Positions 1 to 12,292 of a DNA stretch of 64,000 nt are shown in pieces. Positions within the stretch are counted from its first letter, which is position 1; each line of letters begins with the position of its first letter. The position numbers and the translations under genes are program-made. The notes under the pieces were generated by a model. It saw only the letters and a list, made by a program, of their open reading frames with translations. It was not told the origin of the DNA and made no database searches. This stretch comes from Piromyces finnis finn (taxonomy: Eukaryota > Fungi > Neocallimastigomycota), in contig MCFH01000034.1 in NCBI GenBank assembly GCA_002104945.1, forward strand, positions 434,001-498,000. Direction: 5' to 3'.

Positions 1-32
1 TAATAATGATTTATAAAGTATTTTAAAATACC

Positions 33-66
<34 letters not shown>

Positions 67-1276
67 CAGTATCATTATATATATAATATATAAATATATA
101 TTTTTGAAAAGTATTATAATATGAAGGATTTCGATAAAAGCATATATATATATATTTTAGATATCATCAAAAAGTTATATTTCTTTTGGGGTAGAAGAAA
201 AATGGAACTAAAAGAAAAGTAAATTTTAATTTTCTTTTAGGTCTAGTTAATATTTAAAAGTATTAAAATATCGAAAAAAAAAAAAGGACATTGTTCCTTC
301 CATAAAAAGTAATTACTATTTGAAATTAATAATAGTAAAAAATGAAAAAAAAAAATTTTTTTTTTTTTAGAATGAAAAAGGTCATAGTTGGAAAAAAAAA
401 AAAAAAAGATAAAATAATGAAAATAGGAAAAAAAAATATATTTTTATCATTGGACTTTTTTTTTTTTTTTGAAATGGGATTGTATCATGTATCATACCAT
501 CATTAAAGTTTTAAAATAAAAATAAAAAAGAAACAGAAAAGATATTAAAAGTTTATATATAAAAATGGAATTTTTTTTTTTTTTCCCTTCTCTTTGATGT
601 GAATGATAAATAACTTTTTTTTTTTTTTTCATTCATTAAATAACCCAATTGAGGAAGGGAATGGGATGGGAAAGGAAGAGGATAATGCATTTATTATTAT
701 AATATTTTTTTTTTTTTTTTTGTTTTTATTATTTTATGGTTTTTTTTTTTTTTTTTTTTTTTTCTATTTTTTCTTTTTAAAAAAAAAGAGAAAGAATAAA
801 AAAAATTCTATTGCTATTATTTTTATATAAACATTTTTTTTAAATAAACAATTTATAAATAAAATTATTTAACCCTAGTTTCTTTTCTTTTCTTTCCTTA
901 AATGTATAATAAAAAAAAAAAAAATTAATGCGTTTATATTTTATAATAGGAAATTATTTATTGATATCAAAAATATTTTCGCAGGTTTTTTTTTTTTTTT
1001 TTTTTTTTTTCCAATTTTCTTTCTTTTCCTAATTAGTGAAAAGTATATATACGTTTTCTTTCTTTTTTTTGGGTAAAATTTTTTTTTATATTTTTTTTAA
1101 TTAAAACTTTCATTCATTATATTAATTTCTTTTCTTTCTTTTTTTTTTTTATTACTAGAGGTAAAAAAAAATTATCTAGTTGGTAGTATGTAAATTTTAA
1201 AAATAAAATTAAAAAAAAAATAGGTAAAAACTTTTTTAATGTTATTTTTTTTCAATTTCTGGTGTGTTCATTGCAT

Positions 1277-3464
1277 TTATTGAGATAAGATGTTCTTTAA
1301 GTCATCAAGGGATGGCTTAACTGGGTTACAGGCGGTACCTTGGTCAGCTAAAGCCTTAGCAGCAATATCGTTAATAGCAGCGTTGAATTCTGGTTCAATG
1401 TCCTTGAATTGAGTTGGAACGTTACCGAGGGCAACAATCTTGTTAACTTGAGCAATTAAATAATCAACCTTAGCATCAACGGATTTGTCGTAGATATCTT
1501 CACCGACAGCAATAGCAATCTTATCAGCTAAAGTAGCATAGGCGTTCTTGGCGGTTTCATCCTTAGCATTGAACTTAATAACCTTTGGAAGAACAATAGC
1601 GTTAGCAACACCTGGGTGAATGTTACTGAAGCGAGAGGAAACAAAGTGAGATAAGGAGTGACTGATACCGAGGAAGGAGTTACCACTAGCCATACCAGCT
1701 AAAGTAGCAGCGTTGTGCATAACAGCACGACCTTCAATATCGTATTCCTTGTCAACAATACTGTTCTTGAAGTTGGAAATGATAGCAACAGCGGCCTTTT
1801 GAGCGTATGGAGCAGTGTAATCGTTACTGTGAACAGAAACAATACTTTCAATAGCCATGGCAAGAGCATTTAAGGAAGAGTTGACAGCAACTTCCTTTGG
1901 CATACCCATGGACATTTCTGGATCAGTAATGGCCATGTTTGGAGTTAAAGTGTAAGTAGAAATTAATTCAATACTACCATTGTCTAAAGTTAAACGAGCA
2001 AATGGAGTAACTTCATCACCAGTACAGGAAGTGGTTGGGATACAGACAAGAGACTTGACAACATCACCACGAATTAAGTTCTTGTGTAAACGTTCACGAA
2101 TTGAATCGAATGGACCAACTAATTGCTATTACAAATGGAATAGGATATATCATTAATAATTAGAATTAGAATTTCGGTGGTAAATTTTATTTTAATATCC
2201 GAATGATAATACTTTTTTTAATTAAACATTATATATAATTTAATACATACTTCAGCAGTAAGTTCTGGGTTTTCGTAGAAAATTCTAACTAACTGTTAAA
2301 ATTTGATAATCACATATCAATATATAAATATATATTAATTATTTTCGCTCCCTTTTATTAACACATAATTTAAAGTTTAAAAATATAGAGTATGCATACC
2401 TTAGCATAGTTCATAGCTGTACCACCACCAAGGGCAATGATAACATCTCTATTTTTTTTTTTAAAAAAAAAAAGATAATTTATATTATTTATTTAGAAAA
2501 ATAAATCATTTTTAAACAGCTATTTCATTTATTATTTATATGGGTGTATTTTTGCTTGCTCATTTTTTTTAATATATATCATTATATATCAAAATAGGTA
2601 TATTTATAATATTAAAAAAAACACTTACGGCCTATAATAATAAAATATACAATAATAAAAAATTAATAATCCTGTTATTAAATATTTAAACTATATTATA
2701 ATATTCGAATATTATTTTTTTTTATTGATAATTACTTGAAGATCTTAGCTTCAGCAAGACCATTTTGAAGATCGTTGACGGTTGGGTTCTTAACAACTTG
2801 ATCCTTATTTTTAAAAATGAAAATTTAAAATTTTTATAATATTAATTTTTATTTGTAATTTAAATAAATATAAATTGCTATTAAATTTATTGAAATAAAA
2901 TATAATATATTTACAAAGATAGAACTGTTGTTATTAAATTTAAATATAGAATTTTTTTTTTTTTTTTTTATTTGTTTGTTTTGTTTAATGTTATGATGTG
3001 TATATATCATTGAATTTTATTTCCAGTATTTTTAATATATGTCAAAATTTTGGTTGATATAACAAGGTTTTTATTAGTTTTTGGGAAACAAATATTAATA
3101 AATTATTTATGGATATAATATATATATAAAGAAAATATTAATATATATAATAATAATAATAATAATTGTTAATAAAATGAAGTTCATATATAAAAATTTC
3201 AATATTTCTTTAATAGATGATAATATTTTCATTATTCTATTTTTATTCTACTTTGTATTATCAATAAAATATTTAAACTTACGTAGCGAATCCCTTAGAT
3301 TCGCAAACCTTCTTGACACGGTGACTAACACCAAGCCAAGTTAAGTCACGATCGGTGACAATTAAAGCACGCTTGCAAACATCCTTTAAATCATTTAAAG
3401 CTTCGCTAACAATAGCTCTTTTGAAGTAAACACTTTCTGGAACACGGAACCAAAGCATAGACAT
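1277..3464 (-). CDS. Stand-alone Fe-ADH-family protein matching only the C-terminal alcohol dehydrogenase half of AdhE (400 aa, 7 exons)
   Basis: Exons 3464-3283, 2924-2915, 2803-2736, 2631-2629, 2448-2400, 2292-2251 and 2125-1277, all GT-AG, total 1203 nt and stay in frame. Translation: MSMLWFRVPESVYF...KPDVIIALGGG...IPTTSCTGDEVTPFA...LGISHSLSH...GVANAIVLP, which follows the AdhE ADH domain. Exons are much more GC-rich than their flanks. Confidence 0.9.
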
Positions 3465-4765
3465 ATTGGATAAAGTTGAAGTTATTTAATGAAAGTAATT
3501 AAAAAATATATATATAAATAAATTAAATATATTTAATTTATTTTCAAAAATTTTACAATAATTTCCTTTATTTTTTATAAAAAAAAATTGAGTGTAAAGA
3601 ATATTAAACCATAGAAATTTTCTTTTCTTTTATATCTTTTTTTTTTTTTTTATCAATAAAAATTCTGTAAAAAAAATACTATTGTACATATATTATAATA
3701 TAATGTAATATATTGTATATTAATTCATTAATCCGTAAATATTTTAAATATTTTAGTATTCTAGTTTCACTAAACCTAAATAATTAAACAATTAATATAA
3801 TACAATATATTATAATATATCGAATAATTGAAATTTATTGAATGAATTTTATGTATTTTTTTTATTATATTAATGTAACAAAAAATAATAAAGCCACATA
3901 TAATGTACTATTCAACATATTAATGTAATTGTAATGTAAATTTTTGATTTTTTATTAGATTATTGGTAAGGATTTATTTATTTTTAAGGAGAAAATATTT
4001 GCTGAAAAAGTATATTTTTAAAAGATTAACAATATATTGTAATATAAATAATTGTATTTTGTCTATTTAATTTTAATATATTAAAATATATTATTAAAAT
4101 TAATTTAATTGTTAAACTTTAAAGAAGCAGAAATAAAAAAAAAAGAGCTTTGAAATGTAAAAAAGAAAAAGAAGGAATTAAAAAGTATTATATAACTATA
4201 AATTCTAGTAAAAGAAAATGAAAAGAAAAAAAGAAAATAAGCATTAGATGATACAAATATTCTTTATAACGTTTTCATAAAAAAAAAATAAAGATTTTTA
4301 GTCATTGAAAATATTAATTTTTTTAATTTTTCCATATTTATCCATTTTATTTTTAATTAAAAAGAATTTAGGAAAAGCACTACACAGAATATTTCGTCGA
4401 GTTTATATAGTACTGAACACTTGTTAATCTTTCTCTTTTTTTTTTTTTTTTTTTAAAAAAAATTGAACATGCTTAAAATTAAGCTATTTAAACAGTATTG
4501 GATTATTTTATCATGTCCTTTTATATATATATATATTATTCTTTTTATTTTATTTATATTTTATTTATTTAATTGATTTATTTATTTATTACTATTTTTT
4601 TAATAGATGTTATATGAAAATTGATTTTTTAATTACATGATTAAAATTAGAATGATATGAAAAATCTAAATCTAAATTATTCAATAAATATTATTTATAT
4701 ATTATTATTTTTAATAGTATTATTAATTACTATGACTCTTTAATCCTATTTAGATGGATAAAAAA

Positions 4766-7700
4766 TTAAAGTTGAACAAAAGCATTCTTGGAATCCTCAA
4801 CATTACCAAGAACACCGTTAGTAACTCTGCAAATAACCTTGGATAAGAAATCTATTGTTGAAAAAAAAAAATAAATAGTTTAGTTGTTTTACATTATTAA
4901 TTGCTTATATAATATTTTATAGTATTCTTTATTAGAAAATGTTAGGATGAAATAAAATTATACCTTTATCGTAGTTAACAATATGTTCACCGTCTGGCAT
5001 ATATTCAACATTAACAATATATGGTGAAAGATCATCATAAATTTCTACATCTACAGCAAATAAACTGAAGAAGGAAGGTAAGGATAAACAAATTTCTGAA
5101 AAACCTAATGGTTCGGAAGATGACATGGCAGCAGAGAAAACAGCTAATAAAAAAAAATTTTTTTTTTTGTTATAATTATAGGTAAAAGAATTTTATTTAA
5201 AAAAAAAAAAAAATTAATATAAAATATTAATTAAATTACTCTATTTTTTTTATATTCATTCTTTATAATAAATATTATATCAATTACCTTTAATATTCTT
5301 GTAGATTTTATCTTTAATATCATTCCATTTACAGTTGTATTGTTTTTCAATGTAATTTTCTAATTTGGTATGATGAATGTATGGAACACGATTAATATTC
5401 ATATTAGTTTCATCAGCCTTTGTGGTTTCTCTTAATTGTTTATACTTTACAAAATGAATTTCTTTTTTGTAAATATTGGATAACTTATCACTCCAGAATT
5501 CCTTTGCGAGGTAGACAATGTAGTTTTGATCATACATGTATAAAGATAATCCATCCATGGTAGAATTTAATAAAGCATAGAAACGAAGTTGGAATTTAAC
5601 ATTATTGTTGTAAAGTAATGGTTTTTTACCATTGTTAAAACGTTCAATAATCATATTTAATTTGGTATCATGTTGACGAATAATTTTTGGTAAAGAATCA
5701 GTGATAATCCATTGACTTGGCTTTGAACTACCATTATTACCGAAAATTGGTTTTAATATCCAAAAGTTATTGTTTTCAATGGTTTTAACCTTTGAATCAT
5801 CCTTATTGTTCTTTTTTTCTTCTTCAATCTTTTTAGCATTAGCTAAATAACTACCAACAAATTCAGTCATTTCAGTAGTCATGTCATAACTTTCACATTG
5901 AATATCATTGTTATTACCATAAACTTTACTTAACATTAATTTTAAATAAAGAGGATTGGTGATACATAATTGATTTGGGAAACGACTTAACTTTTGGTTA
6001 TTCTTAAATTGTTCAACTTCACCGAAAATCCAAATAACTTCAGCTTCATTAATATCATCAACAAATTCAATATTACCACACTTTAAATTGTTATTAATGG
6101 AGATTAAATCGGTATAAATCTTAATTTTTGGAATTTCCATAGTTGGCTTTTCTAATGGATCAACAACATCTGGTGTTTTTAATTCAATGTCTTTATCACC
6201 TTTTTTGTCTTTCCATTCCTATAGGATAAATAGCATTTTTTTAGATATTATATAAATTAAATTGGAATCAGGCATTTATATTCTTGAATTATTTTTTGCT
6301 ATTACTAATAATTTTATTTCTTTTTTTGGAAATATAATTTTTACCTTTGCACTTTCAATTAAATCTGAACATTCATTTGTCATTGCATCTAATGGCTTAT
6401 CAACAAAAGACATTAAGTAAGCCTTCTTTTCATGTTCCTTTAAATCTGTTATTTAAATAGGCATAAAATAGAGTTAGCAAACATTTTAAAAATTACCTAT
6501 AAAATCAATAGATAATTTTTTTAGAAAAGAAAAAATATTTACCAACTGGTAATTTATTTCTAGTAATAACTTCGTTAGATTTAATATCTTTTATTGGATA
6601 GAAAAGTGAATATTCAACATTTTCTTTACCATTGTTAAAAATGAATGGAATACAGACAACATTTGGTTCGTTGGAATGTTGAATAGCATTACCAACTTCA
6701 TCAAAGAAGTACCAAGAAATAATATTTTCTTCTTCACCATCTGTTAAAACAGTATATTGATAGACATTAATGTATTTCCACATATCATATTTAACAATTC
6801 TGTTAATTCTTTGTTTAACAGTTGGTTCATTGCTCTTCTTTTCATCTTTTTCTTTAACTTCTGTTGGCATTTGAGAAGCAATAGTATTCTTTAAACCTTC
6901 CATAACATCACTATTATATTCTTCTTCAGTAGTTAATTCATCAATAGCATTAATAACTTCATAACTATGTCTTTCGAGAGCATCTTTTGCTCTTTCTGAA
7001 TTAACATTTGCTTGTTGACAAACTAACTTTATTAATTCTTCTTTCATTTGTTTTTCACTTTCATCTTCTTCAATAACTTCTTCTTCGTTGTAATTAATGT
7101 TAAATAAACCTTCCATTCTTTTTAATAAACCAGAAGTATTTAAAAGTTCTCCAGCAGCATTTTCTGGATTAGTTGTCCATGAATGATCGATAAGAAAGAC
7201 ATCACTTTTTTTTTTTTTATAAAAATAATTATATTTTTAAAATGTATTTATATAATATAATGTTTCATTATTAATTATCATTCTAGTTTAAAAAAAATAT
7301 ATATATTTAATGAAATTTGATAAACCATTGCTTACCTATTAGTATTTAAATTACAACCATCCTTTAAATGTAAACTTCTAACTTTACTTTCATCAACACG
7401 AATTTCAAAAAAGTCACCTTTTTGGATAAAGATATATATTAAATAATAATGCAAAAGGGTTGTTAATGAATAATATATAAAAAAAAAAAAGCTTTTTTTT
7501 TTAAAAAAAACATTTCAATAGTATTAACTATGATAAATTATTGTTATATGATAATATTAAATATTTTGTTTTCCGTTATTATTATTATTATTTAAATAGG
7601 TAGGTCTTCATTTTTAAGATGTTCATGTAAATATCAATTATACAAAATTTACAAAAGTAATTATAATCTCCAAAACTAGTTGAATGGGTGATAATATGTA

Positions 7701-7891
7701 TAATCTTATCCACAATCATAATATATAGATAGATAAAAATTATTATAGAGTCTAATTAAAAAATAATTACCACTGTTGAAAGTTTGATTCTTTAATTTAT
7801 TATATAAATTTTCCCAAAGGGATTCGGGAACAGATTGCAATTGATGCTTATGAAAATTAATAAATTGGTTAACCTCGTCACTGACAGTCAT
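4766..7891 (-). CDS. TTLL12: Tubulin-tyrosine ligase-like protein 12 (SET-like plus TTL domains), multi-exon
   Basis: N-terminus FINFHKHQLQSVPESLWENLYNKL, then DVFLIDHSWT, WYFFDEVGNAIQHSNEPN and TTL-like WILKP/KFQLRFYALL. Joins ORFs 7706-7891, 6505-7116, 5280-6140 and 4932-5126 plus small exons through GT-AG introns; stop TAA at 4766-4768. Confidence 0.85.
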
Positions 7892-9097
7892 GGATTTCTT
7901 ATATATATATTTTGATTAAATAAAAAAAAAAAGTAATTCTTTTTTAATTTTTTGTAGAAATTATTGTATAACTATTATATTTTGCTTCAGATATTTGTAG
8001 ATTTATAGATATTAAAGTCATCTATTAGTGTAATTACCTGACAATACAAATATTAGAATATAAAAAAAAAAAAAAAAGACTTTACACCAATTATTTATTT
8101 TTTTTTTTTTTCTTTTAATGGTTCAACTTCTTAATGAATTTTATATATTACCCAAATATAATTGATTATATTGTATTATATTATTAGATTAAATTTTATT
8201 TTAAATTAAATAGAAAACTAAAGATTTTTTATTTATTTTCCAAATCATAATAGATTATCCACTAAAATAGACTTTTCATCATCACCTACTAAAAAAAGGA
8301 AACTACATACAAGAGAATAAAACAACATACTTAATAACAACACATTTTCAATGTATACACACAATGAAAAAAAAAAAAAAAAGAATTCTTACTAAAACAC
8401 TCTTTTTTTTTTTTTTTCAATTGTTCAAATACATTAAACTACGTACTTAACCTCTACATAATTTATACAGAATGTATTTTTAAAAATTAATTAAAAAAGA
8501 TTTTTAAATTAATAGTTTTTTTTTTAAAAAAAAAGAATATTAAAATTTTTAAAAATTGTTCAAAATTTAAAAAAGTGTTAAATTCTGTCATTCAGTATGA
8601 AATAATAATATAATGAGAATATACATTAAATAACTTGTTTTTTATTTATAATTAAAAAAGTAGTAAATATAAATATATTGTATACAACTATTTGTATTAA
8701 TAGTGAAAATTGTAATTTACAAAAAAAAAAAACTCAATTTCATAATACATTTCTATTATTACAAAAGTTTTTTTCTTAAGCTTAATCACAATATACATAA
8801 TAAATATAGTATTATACCCATTATATATATATAAATAAAGTCATTATTTCACAATTTCCTGGTATTTAATAATAATATAATACAATGATATTAAAATTAA
8901 TCTTATTTTAAAAAAGAGAGTAATAATTCCACCAAAAACAAATACTCTTTTTTTTTTTTTTTTTTCCCTTTCATATTAAATAATAAATATATTTCAACTT
9001 AATATTTAATACCTCTGAAAAAAAAAAAAAAAAAAAAAAAAAGGTATAATTTTCATATTTACTTTTTTTCCCCTTAATTATTAGATAGAACATCAAC

Positions 9098-12000
9098 ATG
9101 GGAAGAAGGAAAAAAACCGAACCGAAATTAAAGCAAGTTAAAAAAGAAATTGAGGAAATTGAATTAAAACCTGTTAAAACTGAAGATGACTGGGAAGTAG
9201 ATTTAAACATTATTAATAATTATATTAATTCATTTGAAGGTAGTTCTAGTTATAATAAAGAAATTAAAAAAGAATTAGAAAACGTAGAGAAAGGATTAGA
9301 AAAAGAATTAAATATTACTACTAATTCCGATAATTTAATTGAATTAAAACCGGTTAAAACTGAAAATGACTGGGAAGTAGATCTAAACATTATTAATAAT
9401 CATATTAATTCATTTGAAGGTAGTTCCAGTTATAGTAGAGAAATTAGAAAAGAATTAGAAAATGTAGAGAAAGGATTAGAAAAAGAATCAGATATTACTA
9501 CAAATTCCGATAATTTAAATGAAAAACCGGAATATTTCCAAGAACAAATTCTAAAAAAAGAAGAAGATATTGTTGTTAATTTACCACTCCTCAATAAAAA
9601 ACATTTTAACTATATATTAAACAACTATGAAATTGGAAAATGGTTTCCAGATAAAATGAAAAAAAAGTACATTTCAAATCGTTACAGAGAAATTGGTTTA
9701 AGTAGAAATGTAGAAATTAGACATCATCATAGAGGACCTGTTAACGCTCTATCTATTGACACTATTGAGAATAAATAGTAAGTATAAAGTGTTTATTTTT
9801 AAATTTAAAAAAAAAAAAAAAAGAGTAATGTCAAAATTCAAAATGTATTTGTATTTATAATAATATTATAAAAATTTCTTTGTAAAAATTTTTTTAAAAA
9901 AAAAATAAAAGTTATATATTTTCTTTTGAATTATAACACACAGAAAATAATATTAATAAATAAATATATATAAATTATTATATAATTATATAATGATATT
10001 ATATACACATTTTAATTTTATTATAATATAAATTTCTTATTCCCAAAGTATGTTGTCAGTAGGGATTGATTCAAATATTTTATTATATAACTTGGAAGAT
10101 ATTCAAAATGAAAATCCTAATAATACAAACAGCCTCTATAACAATTCAAAAATAATAAAGCCAATGGCCACAGGAAATAATGATGATAAGCATAAATATT
10201 CAATTACAAATATATGTTGGTATCCAGTTGATAATGGTATGTTTACTACTTCATCAATGGATCATTCATTAAAAGTTTGGGACACTAATACAATGAGAGT
10301 AATTTTTTTTTTTGAAACTTTGTACTATATTTTTTTTAAAAAAAAAAATACATATAATATTTCAAAATATATGTTATTTTTAAATTAATATTAAATTTTG
10401 TAAATATAAAATAGTCGATTTTTAAATTCAAATTTGATTGTCCAGTTTTTAACCATGCATTTTCACCAATTGCACATTCACATACCTTAATTGCAAGTAC
10501 GAAAAAAAATATGTATATTTCTTAATTTGATTATTTATGCTTTTTTTTTCTTATTTTTATAAAATATAAAAATAATTAATATAATTATTTAATAGCTGGA
10601 ACAAAATCATCCTATGTTACACTCTGTGATTTAAGAAGTGGTTCCCAATCTCATATTCTTATAGGTATTTATTTCTTTTTAAAGAAAAATAAGAAAAAAT
10701 ATATAATACCTTCAGTTTCCAAATAAAATGAAATGTTATTATGTAATAAAATATAAATTCAACTTTTGATAATTATTTTTCTTTTAGGGCATAAAAATCC
10801 TGTTATTAGTTTGGATTGGTCTCCATGTAATGAATATTTATTAGCATCTGGAGGGTAAAGAAATACAGAATATATATACTCCTCTAAATAATTTATTTAA
10901 ATAAATATAAAATTATATATATACATATATATAGTGGTGATCATTCCATAAGATTATGGGATATTCGTAAGCCGAAATCTTGTTTATCATCCTTATGCCA
11001 GTATAATTCAGGTAATAATAAAATAATAACAAATATATTTTTACTATTTATATTATTATTATAAATCTTTTTATATAAAATAAATGGCAATAATAAATCC
11101 TAGAATTGAAATGAATGTAAAATAGTAAAATTTAAAAAAAAATTATATAATTAACAACAACAACAACAACAACGGCAACAGCAACAACACATTGTTTATT
11201 TGTTTGTTTTTACTTTATTTTTTAAAACAATAAATCTTATTTCTATATAATTAATATATATATATATTTACCTTTCGAAATTTAAAATCAGTAATCAAAA
11301 ACTTTAAAAATTTTAAAAGTTTAAACTTTATTATATTTTATTTTATTTCAATGTCGAAATTTTTTTATTTTATACTTCAATACTGAAATTGTTATTATTT
11401 CAAATAATTTATAAAGGAGGAGGAAAACTTAACGATGTTACTGCACATAACGGTACTATTAATGGATTAAAGTTTTTATCCAATGGATCGCATATTATAA
11501 GTTTTGGATGTGATTGTAAAATACATCTGTGGAATATTAGCGACCCAGTGAAAATGAATACAATGGTAAATACTTTATACATACTAAAAAACAATTTAAT
11601 AAAATTTAAATCGTCATTTTTTTTTTTATATTTAAATATTCTAATCATTTATATATATTATGGAATTGAATTTTAAATCTGTCTATCCCATATATACCAT
11701 TTTTATATTATTTTTCAATTAACATAATAATTTTAATTAATCCTAAAAATACAATAATGATCTTCATAAAGTTGGATTATGGTGATATGCTTGTTAATCA
11801 TACAGAAAAGGCCATTTTTCCCGCTATAAATAATGTAAATGAATGTCAACCCTATTTATTCCAACCATCTGAAAATAATGATATATTAATGTATGATGTA
11901 TACAGTGCCAATTATATTAAATCATTAAAGGGGCATTTTAAAGGTGTTAATTGTGTTGTTATTAGAAATGGTTTTCAGGTAATTTTAAGATAGATTATTT

Positions 12001-12292
12001 ATAAATAGTATAATTTCAAAAGTTTTTTTTTTTTTTAAAAAAATTTTAATTATCCTCTAATGTTTAATAAAGGAATTATATTCATGTGGTAATGATGCTG
12101 AAATTATTAAATGGTTACCAATTGAAGTAAAAAACGCAAATACTGATGGTCAAGACGAAGAAGAAGAGGTAATTCATTATTGAAAATAAAAAAGAAATTT
12201 ATTATTATAAAGTTATTAAATCTTTTTTTTTCTAACCTTTAAATTTTTATTAGAATAACTGGAGTGATAATGAAGATGATCTATTATTTTGA
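9098..12292 (+). CDS. ERCC8: WD40 transcription-coupled repair protein ERCC8/CSA (Rad28/Ckn1) with a long N-terminal extension
   Basis: HRGPVNALSIDTIENKYMLSVG, HKYSITNICWYPVDNGMFTTSSMDHSLKVWDTN, LCDLRSGSQSHILIGH, RLWDIRK, AHNGTINGL and an acidic C-terminal NWSDNED. All introns are GT-AG and in frame; stop TGA at 12290-12292. Confidence 0.9.
9161..9520 (+). repeat. 180-bp (60-aa) in-frame tandem duplication in ERCC8 exon 1
   Basis: ELKPVKTEDDWEVDLNIINNYINSFEGSSSY... starts at 9161 and ELKPVKTENDWEVDLNIINNHINSFEGSSSY... starts at 9341. Confidence 0.95.

Noticed and set aside
603-830. 75-aa poly-Phe ORF, and similar short F/I/K/Y-rich ORFs (e.g. 17271, 21704, 21808, 31196, 36224, 37587, 45435, 57508, 60895, 62211)
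   Set aside because: Translations of poly-T/poly-A tracts from non-ATG or chance starts, with no coding-like composition.
2449-2735. Treating the ADH gene as a fragmented pseudogene
   Set aside because: Canonical splice sites give a continuous 400-aa frame with no stops or frameshifts.
7981-8290. TGATGA and CTGA words upstream of TTLL12 as a possible snoRNA
   Set aside because: Boxes are about 300 nt apart with no guide or stem; better explained by a 5' UTR exon/intron (CAG|GTAATT near 8037).
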